From assembly GCF_006345805.1 (NCBI RefSeq), contig NC_042998.1:66960001-67024000 (forward strand): DNA of 64,000 bases. The letters are read 5' to 3'. This DNA comes from Octopus sinensis (lineage: Eukaryota). A program made the translations under genes and the position numbers. Within the stretch, counting starts at the first letter, position 1. Every line of letters begins with the position of its first letter. Of the stretch, positions 54,884-64,000 are shown in pieces. A model generated the notes under the pieces. That model ran no database searches, was not told where the DNA came from, and worked only from the letters and a program-made list of their open reading frames with translations.

Positions 54884-57368
54884 CGTGTATGTGTGTGTGT
54901 GTGTGCGCGTGTATGTGTGTGTGTGTGTGTGTGTGTCCTGGATCAGATATAATGTATGATGGGCACTTTAGCTTGGGTAGACCACTTATACACAAAAATT
55001 AAATTTCATGAAATATGACCAATTTTAAATCTCAAAATTTCCTATTGCATGTAACTGAAATTAACGAGTTAGCTCATTAATCCTACTTCATGTTCCTGTG
55101 TAGTGATCGGATATATTAAAAATGTTAAGCTCTGCTACAATATAATAAAATATGTTTTACATTCAACAGAACAATTCGTTTGTAGATAGTAGAAATAAGT
55201 ATTACTGGTTGTTACTTCCAAGATTGCCAATTGCCCTAATGGATCAAATTGTGTAATAATTGCCCCTCAAATTCTCTTTGTGCGTAGATCCTATAATCTC
55301 TTCAGTCTCCCTAAATAGCAGTCCTCTTTCGGATAGGAATATTGTTACAGCCACAACATAGTACATTATTTCATTTCAATATTTATTTTGTTTTCTTGTA
55401 CTTGTTTTTCCAACTCCCTGTTAACACGAGAACATTCTCTACATAAATCATTCAACTGAAATACAGAATCGAATCCTGAGGCCTTGTTGACAGCCTGTAC
55501 AGGATGCATTTTTTCAAATGCTGCTCATTTTTTTTTTTTTTCGTAATAGCATCAAGATTCTTGGTTCTGAAAGAACGCGGATACATATTTCTCTGATAGC
55601 AAATTAACTGGCTTAGTCTAGATTCGATACAACACTTCGCTACCCATGTTAACAGAATATATCTTCACCTTCAATACCTGGGGTTGGTATGTTTATCCTA
55701 CTTTTTGCTAATGCACTTGAAGTGCAGCTAGTTTCTCAAAAAGAGATATGTTACTAATTATTCATTGACTTCTAGTTTTATCTATATTGAAAGCAAAGAA
55801 AAAATTAGTAAGGTATTGTGCCTTTGTCAATACAGTAGCATTTTTTCCATTCTTCTTTTTTTTTTTTTGGAAATGTTTTTATAGACAACTGAATATGCCG
55901 TTTTGTACAAGATATTCTTTGTGAAAATATAATCTGAATAAAAGAAAGAAGAATATAGTCTTAAAAAACAACACAGGGACAGACAACAACCAGGTAAACT
56001 CATTTCGTTTAATCTAGCCACAGGTTTACTAAGTCAGACATCTTACAAATACTTCTATTATATTTGTAAGTCTGGAGCAGATAAGTAAACCAGCAGCAAA
56101 GTATAAACTAAATGTTAATAGAAAAGACTCTAAGCGATTAACAGCGAATTGAGGATTACCGATTCAGGTATTTGTGTTCATTACTTTCCTTCAAAATTAT
56201 GTTTCACTTTCATAGGGCAGTTCAAAGATGCCCCATAGATGCTTCAGAAAAATGATAGGTTTGAGAAGGAATTGCGTATTTCACGAATCCCTTTAAACGC
56301 CGAACCAGCTAACAACTTTCCCTTTTCTTTTGTTAAAAAAATGGTTCTTGCTGATGTAACGGTTCAAATTATTTTGTGATAGAAGACGTATTTCGGATTG
56401 CAACTACGATGTGTAAATTTTTCTTTTGCGAACCGAACACGAAAATAACAATAACAACAAATTGGTAGGCTGACGATGAAAAAAAAATATAGAAAACAAG
56501 AAAAGAAAGAAAAAATTAGGTTTAACAGGGAGCAAAAATTTGAAAATGTCATATTCCAAAGTTTAAAGACAAACTGCTTTTTTAGGTCGAGTGGTGTTAT
56601 ATAAAAAGGATAGGTTTATAATTAAAACAATAAATTACAAATTAAAATTTTGAAAGCCAAGAGATCCTTTTTTCCTAAATATAATCAGCGTAACAAATCA
56701 CTTCAATGTTGAGCAGACTAATGCACTTCAGGGAGTGGTGGTAATATATACGTGTGAACGTTTATTTGGGTTCGTGTGTGTGTGGGAGGGGCTCTCTCTC
56801 TTTCTCTCTTTTTCCCTCTCTCTGTATGTGCGAGTATGTATGCGAGTTTGTGTGTGTGTGTGTGTGTATATGCGTGTGTACGTGTGTGCTTGCGTGCATG
56901 TGAGTGTATTTGTGTTTTAATAGCAAGTGCAAAGTCCTGAAACTGAGGGGTCATCGTTCGATCAAACATTTTCCATCCAAGAATTGAATATTTTTCAGAA
57001 AGTTTTCTTTATTTTAATTTTGCTTGCATCTATAATTTTTGCCCATATCCATCTGCTGGTTTTATTCTCAAGTGATTGAAAGCTGCTTTTGGAAAACTAG
57101 ATAGTAGCTACTTTAGAAAAGAGTAACTGCTGTTGGTAAAGTGGAGGAAATGTGGCATTTTAAGGTTTATTTAAGTTGTGGTCTTTAGGAAATAGATAGT
57201 GAAGGGCCCATTTCATGCACGTTTGCTGGGTCTTCTTGGCTTACAAGGCATGCTACACTTATATTTCGGGTTAGAGGCATTTGTCCCTTTTGCCTCTTAT
57301 AGGCATGGCTACGTGTATATGTATATATCCATATATGTCTATATGTCCATATCTAGTGTCTGGATAAA

Positions 57369-57468
<100 letters not shown>

Positions 57469-57727
57469 GTGTGTGAGCGGCTTGCGTGGGTCTGCGTTGG
57501 AATATGTGCTTGAAAAGTAAATCGCCCATGCAAATTTTTCTCTAGCATCGAAGACCAGTGTTCTGCGAAAAGCACCAAAGTGAAACTGCATTTAGCAATC
57601 CGTTACCAACTGCACTTGCTACGTATACAGAGTCCATTGAAGACTACGAGATAGCATATACATGACGTACAGAATATGCCTTTATACTGCAACGTAAACA
57701 TATCTTTGACGGTAAGTTAAATTAAAG

Positions 57728-57764
<37 letters not shown>

Positions 57765-57790
57765 CATACATACATATACAAATACATACG

Positions 57791-57854
<64 letters not shown>

Positions 57855-58214
57855 TGTGCGTGTATGTATATATATGTGTGTGTGTATATGTATATATATA
57901 TGACGTTAGAACTTTACACGGAGCTTCTCAAACATTCAAATTCATATATAGGCGCTCGCACAACCCTGTGTCTTTCACTTATTTCCTTTCTCGCTCATTC
58001 CACTCTCCCCCTTTCTACTGTCACGTTCTCTGTCTGTAAGTTTGAATACACGCGCGCACGCGCACTCAGACACACACACACACACACACACATACACACA
58101 CAAAGACATGCATATGCAGCGAAATCATACACGTTTACCCAGTTGAAGGAAATAGTCAGGAACTGGAGAAATACATTTTATAACAATATGTCTGTGTGTG
58201 TGTGTGTGTGTGTG

Positions 58215-58606
58215 CGAGTTAGCAGAAACTTTAGCACGCCGGGTGAAATGCGTAGCGGTATTTCGTCTGCCGCTACATTCTGAATTCAAATTCCGCCGAG
58301 GTCGACTTTGCTTTTCATCCTTTCGGGGTCGATATACTAAGTACTAGTTACGTACTGGGGTCGATGTAATCGACTTCATCCGTTTGTCTGTCCTTGTTTG
58401 TCCCCACTGTGTTTAGCCCCTTGTGGGTAGTAAAGAAATAGGCATTTCGTCTGCCGCTACGTTCTGAGTTCAAATTCCGCCGAGGTCGACTTTGCCTTTC
58501 ATCCTTTCGGGCTCGAGAAATTAAGTACTAGTTTCGTACTGGGGTTGATCTAATCGAATGGGCCCTCCCCAGCTCCAATTTCGGGACCTTGTGCCTAGAG
58601 TAGAAA
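58215..58606 (+). mobile_element. Dimeric SINE family A (monomer with tail A plus 5'-truncated monomer with tail B)
   Basis: Core repeated at about 58260 and 58445. First tail gtgtttagccccttgtgggtagtaaagaaata; second tail tttcgggaccttgtgcctagagtagaaa. Confidence 0.9.
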
Positions 58607-61019
58607 TCAATATGTATGCGTGAGTATATGTATGTACCCGCGTGTGTGTGTATGCATATATGTGTATATGTGCCTGTGCGTGTTATAATTATGCATCTAT
58701 CTTTCTGTTTGTTTATATATATATATATGAATGTAAATGTATATTCATACACACACACGCACACACACACACTCACACACGCACATAGATATGTGTCTTA
58801 TCACATAAATGCGTACAACAGTATTTCCCAAATAGCTGTTGTCGAAAATGGTGAAAGCTATTTACATTAGGGGTCGGGAGTTACGCTGTAGCTAAATCGA
58901 TAAACTGAAGCCAGTAAGTCTGGACAATTCTGCTTGGAATGATTTCCCGACCACTCATACCTACAGCTGCTTCGAAGACCTATGTGAAAGAAATGGAAGT
59001 TTCCAATATTCCTTAATTCTAAGTAAATAAATAGACACAAAAACCAATATATCTCTTTACTTTCTAGAACATTCTTTCTCTCTGTCCAGATTTAATTTTT
59101 TTTACGCATTCTTTTTGATTATCTTAGTTATATGTTCTATTTATTTTCTTTCGACATTCTGTAGTTCTTCCTTTTTTTGACTTCTTGACGTATACGTGCT
59201 TTGTATTTACTCATTACAGCTCATAGACGATTTAATAAGATGAAGCGGATGCAATAACAATGCTGGACATTATTAGATCGACGATGACATCTCGAAAAGT
59301 GCACTGGCGTTCAAATTCGCTGCTCTACTGTCATTAATCTCGATCATTAGTCCCCTGTTCAGCCCTGATGAAAGACACTTATGATCACAGACGTACCGTC
59401 AATGCCATTCCCGTGTCTCTGTCATACGTCGTTCAAAGTAGCATTTTTACTTTTTAAAGAGGATATCGTAACTTATGAGGGAGATCTTGATGTTTACCCT
59501 TGCTGGCTGAGACAACAGTGTGGAGTTATCCTCAGTTACAGTCCGCGGATACGAGAGTCATGTAGACGGCTTTCATTTAAATCGTGTGTTAAGGCCTTTT
59601 CCTTATGCATCAGAAAACTGCTTCTTCCTGAAAATCATTTGAATAGTTAATATACTATGAAACTCATAATTGTGTTCCAAACTGTCACAGTTCATAATAG
59701 CACCTGGATACATGTGTCAAAATTACATTGAACGAAATCTTAGAGTCTCGATGTGGTTTACTGATACAAAAAAAAACAATAGAATGCAGCAAAATGCTCT
59801 TGAAATATCACTTTACCATCTTTAAAAGCGAAAATAAAAAATTAAATAATATTAGGTATACTTTATGAATATAAGATCATATAATGATAGCATGCAACAC
59901 ATTGATTATGGGTCTGAATTACCTGACCTACATTTGGACTGAACAAAAGTAGAACTGGACAAATATTTTATATCTACATATTATGTATGTGTGTAGGTGT
60001 GTATGTGTGTGGAAAGTGTGCGTGTGCTATTAGGAACAGTGACAGTTTAGAACACAGTAATGAGTTTCATAGTATATTAACTATTCAAATGAATCTCAGG
60101 AAGAAGCAGTTTTCTGATGTACAAGGAAATTATTCACAACGGTGTCGAAATATGGATAACCAGCAGTACAGAGAGATTTGATTAGCTCTTCAAATTTGAG
60201 CGAAAATATCTTTTCTATTGTCAAGGACAACATATGTATGAACAGACAACATCTGTTCACATGTAGTCCCACGGGTATTGATTAAACATATCGTGCAATG
60301 CTGACTGACATTTTCCGTGAATCCAGCGTCGGCACTTGTGTGTGAGGGTGGTGTGGGGGTGGAGGCGTGTGTGTGTGCGCGATGCATTAAATTCCAAAGG
60401 CAGAAAGTTTTATTTTTGCATAATTTCAGTCTTTGAGCCTGTATCAAATAATATATACAGCAATAAACTATCACTTCTGGTGTTGATAATTATAATAAGT
60501 AGTTGTAGCCATGCGTTCAGTCTGAAGATATTTTGTCATGTTTATTTACATAGAAAATAATGTGGTTTTAAATTTCAAAGGCACACTTTGTTTCTGGTTG
60601 CAAATAATGCATTTGTCATTGTTCATATTTCTACCGCATATTTGAATTTATCTGTATATGATCATGCATATGTATGTATGTTACTTTTTAGTTAATTAAA
60701 AAATTTATTGCCAAAAGAGTAAGAACTGGTTTCTAACCTAGATCCAAAGTTCCTTCACTGGAATTTCAACCTCAACAACAGAGTATTTTTGGTATGTATG
60801 TATGTATTTATGTATGTATGTATGTAAGTATGTATGCATGTATGTATGTATGTATTTATGTATGTATGTATTTATGTATTATGTATGTATGTATGTATGT
60901 ATGTATGAATGTATGTATGTATGTATGTATGTGCAGATTTGTATGTTCTATGAATGTACCCTCATGCATATAGTTGCATATCTAGACATGCTCATATATA
61001 TTTAGATGATAAACGTCTG

Positions 61020-62040
61020 GAAAGTTTTATACATTTTTACAGTTCAGCATAGGTGTTCTCTTTTCAAAGACCTTCAGCTTCATGTTAACATCCACCGGCC
61101 AGCTAATTTCCACAACTGTCCACAGTTTCTCTCCTCAATCCCAAATCATTTTATCAGGTCTGTTGTTCTTACATTTTATTCAATGGTGTATTCCAGCAGT
61201 ATTAATTTTCATTATGAGTGGCTATGATTTCTACCATGTTGTGGGATCTTATTTCTCTGTAGTCGGTATTATCCTTCTGACGGATTTCCTTATAGAGTGT
61301 CGGATTTTCATATCAATGCCTCGGATCTCATCAAGCATCCTATCAAGCAGCCCAAATGTTATGAGTACTGGCACTGCAAACACATTGTGGGTCACTGTCT
61401 TATTGAATGCAGAGAGTTCTACTGTCCAATTTTTCTTTATTTGGCTGTAATATTCTTTAGTGACACGTATTTTGTTATAAGTACCATTGTAAAATATATT
61501 TTCATCCACATCTAGATACCCGTAACATTCCTCGTCAGATACAAGGAAAACAGTCAGATCATTGATGGGGATGTTACTAGTCTTGTTTATAGTGATCCCC
61601 CTTTTCACAATCATATAGCAGCATTTATCCTGCTGAAACTCCAATCCTACATCCTTTGAGATTGTTGTAACTAGGTCAAGGCTCTTAAAACTTTATGTGT
61701 GTAATTTTGGTATTTCTGCTTCCTTGTAAATCAGTGTGATATCCCTCAGACGTCCTTAGCATGAATGACAAGGGGGTTACAGAAAGTATAAACAACATCA
61801 CAGGCTGCCTCCTTGGAATATGCCTTTGCGATACTGTATTCTATCAGTGATAATACGATCACTCTTTTTGCTTAATTTCAAGATGGTGGCCCCACGATGA
61901 CATTAGGTCAGATATATCTTTGACTACGCCCCAAGAAACTTTAGCAAGTCGAAGGGCTTGTAGCCTCCATGACAGGGGTATAGAATCAAAGGCTTTCTTG
62001 TAATCTACCCACATTGAAACAAGTATTCTCCTATGCTCTT
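61020..62040 (-). mobile_element. R4/Dong-like LINE reverse transcriptase fragment, decayed
   Basis: WVDYKKAFDSIPLSW, IQYRKGIFQGGSL, LEFQQDKC, YGYLDVDE and FNKTVTHNVFAVPV, with frameshifts and deletions. Confidence 0.85.
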
Positions 62041-62351
62041 GTATGTATGTATGATGTAAGTATGTATGCATGTATGTATGATGCATGTATGTATATGACA
62101 GTGCAATGATTCTTATAGCAGACATCATTGTAGGATAATGAAACTGATTACATAACTACCGATTTATATAATTTATTAATTAATATTACACACCGTTGTT
62201 ACTTCACGCTTTAGTCTAAGCATACGTACATTGAGTCCTAATTGATTACTGGTATCGCTATGTCATAGCAAAATAATATACATCGGTGTGTGGTGTGTGT
62301 ATTTATTATACAAGCATATATATGTGGGTATGTATATATATATATATCATA

Positions 62352-62431
<80 letters not shown>

Positions 62432-63055
62432 TAGATATACATATTATATATGTACGTATGTATATGTATATACACAGACACACACACACATTTATACTCA
62501 CAGAAGCAACCACACAGTGTTATGTGTGTGTGCTTATACTTAAACGACTTTTCTTTGATTCCATGTAATATATGGAGCTAAGTGATATTAGCTATTACAT
62601 CATAAACACATACATGTATGATTCGTATCAATGTCATGTTATTGTTTTCATTAAAATAGGCTATACTCCAGATTGTTAAGAAAAAATGAATCATACATTA
62701 ACATTTTTGCATTTATTCCTTTTAATAATCTTAATCGATTATTAGCATTTCCCTGATATATCACGTAGCGATGGGAAAATGATTCATCTATAGCGATACA
62801 GTCTATAATTTTTATTGAAAGAGATATAAAAGAAAAGCAGTACATTGGAATTCTTCCAGGTGTTTAACTTTTGCTTGCCTCTTCCAGATTGTTTATATAG
62901 ACGGTTAAACTTGAGTGAAATCCTATAGGGTATCGACAAAAATTATTTCATCAGTTTCACGCAGATGTTCATATGATTTAAAACGTTTTCGTTTATATAC
63001 ACATATCATGATGATACAGATACATATATACATAAAGAATATATATTATATATAT

Positions 63056-63086
<31 letters not shown>

Positions 63087-63089
63087 TAC

Positions 63090-63128
<39 letters not shown>

Positions 63129-63825
63129 ACATATATATATATCTATACATATATATATATACCATATATATTATATATATATATATACATAAAGAATATA
63201 CATATATATATACACACATACACATATACGTATTTATGCAAGTACGTATATACATATATGCAGACGCACATGGACACACGCACATATGTATATGCATATG
63301 TATATCATATGTAGCATGTATCTCCCTTTTCAATATAGGCAGAGTCATCTTTGCTTTTCCGTTACCTGAAGGGATAGAATAATTACAAGCGAGATAGAGA
63401 GAGCATCTATACAGAGCTTCAATAAACATCCATTTTGACATGAACCAGTTATTAACATCCCGACGTGAATACCATTTATCACTTAACTACTTCTCAGCTG
63501 AAAATGTAACAATTTTGTTCATACATATCTTCTCTATAGATTATCTAGTTTTATGCCTATTTAAGTAACCCTTATTCAGATAAATTCTTCATCTTGCTTT
63601 CTGATCAAATATCCCGGAGAAAAAAAATATTGAGTTGGTTCTATACATAACGTCAGTTATTACAAGAAGTATTTTTCCCTGCAATGTAAAAGATATATTA
63701 TATCAATACCTTGAAGCATATTTATTACATCTGTCCATGTATAAGACCACATTATTTCTAAGAGGATACTAAACACAGGTGACGAGAGCATATACATTGG
63801 AATTATGAAAATACAAAATAATGAC

Positions 63826-63853
63826 AATAATAATAATAATAATAATAATAATA

Positions 63854-63930
<77 letters not shown>
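63826..63930. repeat. (AAT)n directly inverted into (ATT)n, an AT-only palindrome
   Basis: Direct reading; the switch is near 63857. Confidence 0.9.
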
Positions 63931-63931
<1 letters not shown>

Positions 63932-64000
63932 TTCGGATCTGATATATTTTATGCATGTTTAGTTTTGTTATAGCTGATGTTTTGTGAGTTATTGCAGCAT

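Noticed and set aside
57546-57711. Plus-strand exon-like segment (tttttctctag ... ACG|GTAAGT)
   Set aside because: All three frames hit stops, and such signal pairs arise by chance in 64 kb.
63366-63497. Minus-strand exon-like segment (TTTTCAG ... CAG|GTAACG; MSKWMFIEALYRC)
   Set aside because: Stops occur early in all frames and the phase-1 end does not fit the phase-0 frame of exon 41434..41539. It could be UTR but is unsupported.

Overview
AT-rich, microsatellite-saturated animal DNA. Its repeat families (four tRNA-derived SINE families, mariner, RTE and R4/Dong LINE remnants) resemble those I recall from Octopus/coleoid genomes; this is an inference and no search was run. There is no long intact ORF. 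Almost all ORF-track entries are translated (TA)n/(CA)n/(GATA)n/trinucleotide repeats or transposon debris. Well supported: two mariner remnants (8710..9384 with both TIRs; 19955..21184 near full length but broken), a non-autonomous Helitron (37758..38674), a Tigger-like MITE nested in a SINE, three LINE fragments, over a dozen SINE copies (two with clear TSDs), two near-identical tandem duplications bounded by (TA)n, and several long inverted repeats. Most interesting and least certain: (1) a possible minus-strand spliced gene (exons 41434..41539, 31000..31122, perhaps 25076..25128) encoding a hydrophobic leader or TM segment followed by a short Cys/basic peptide, with a look-alike first exon at 48..122; (2) many degenerate minimal hammerhead-ribozyme motifs in Penelope-like inverted-repeat families; (3) a templated direct-plus-inverted copy of local DNA at a LINE 5' junction. 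All alignments were done by eye, so boundaries of degenerate repeats are approximate.
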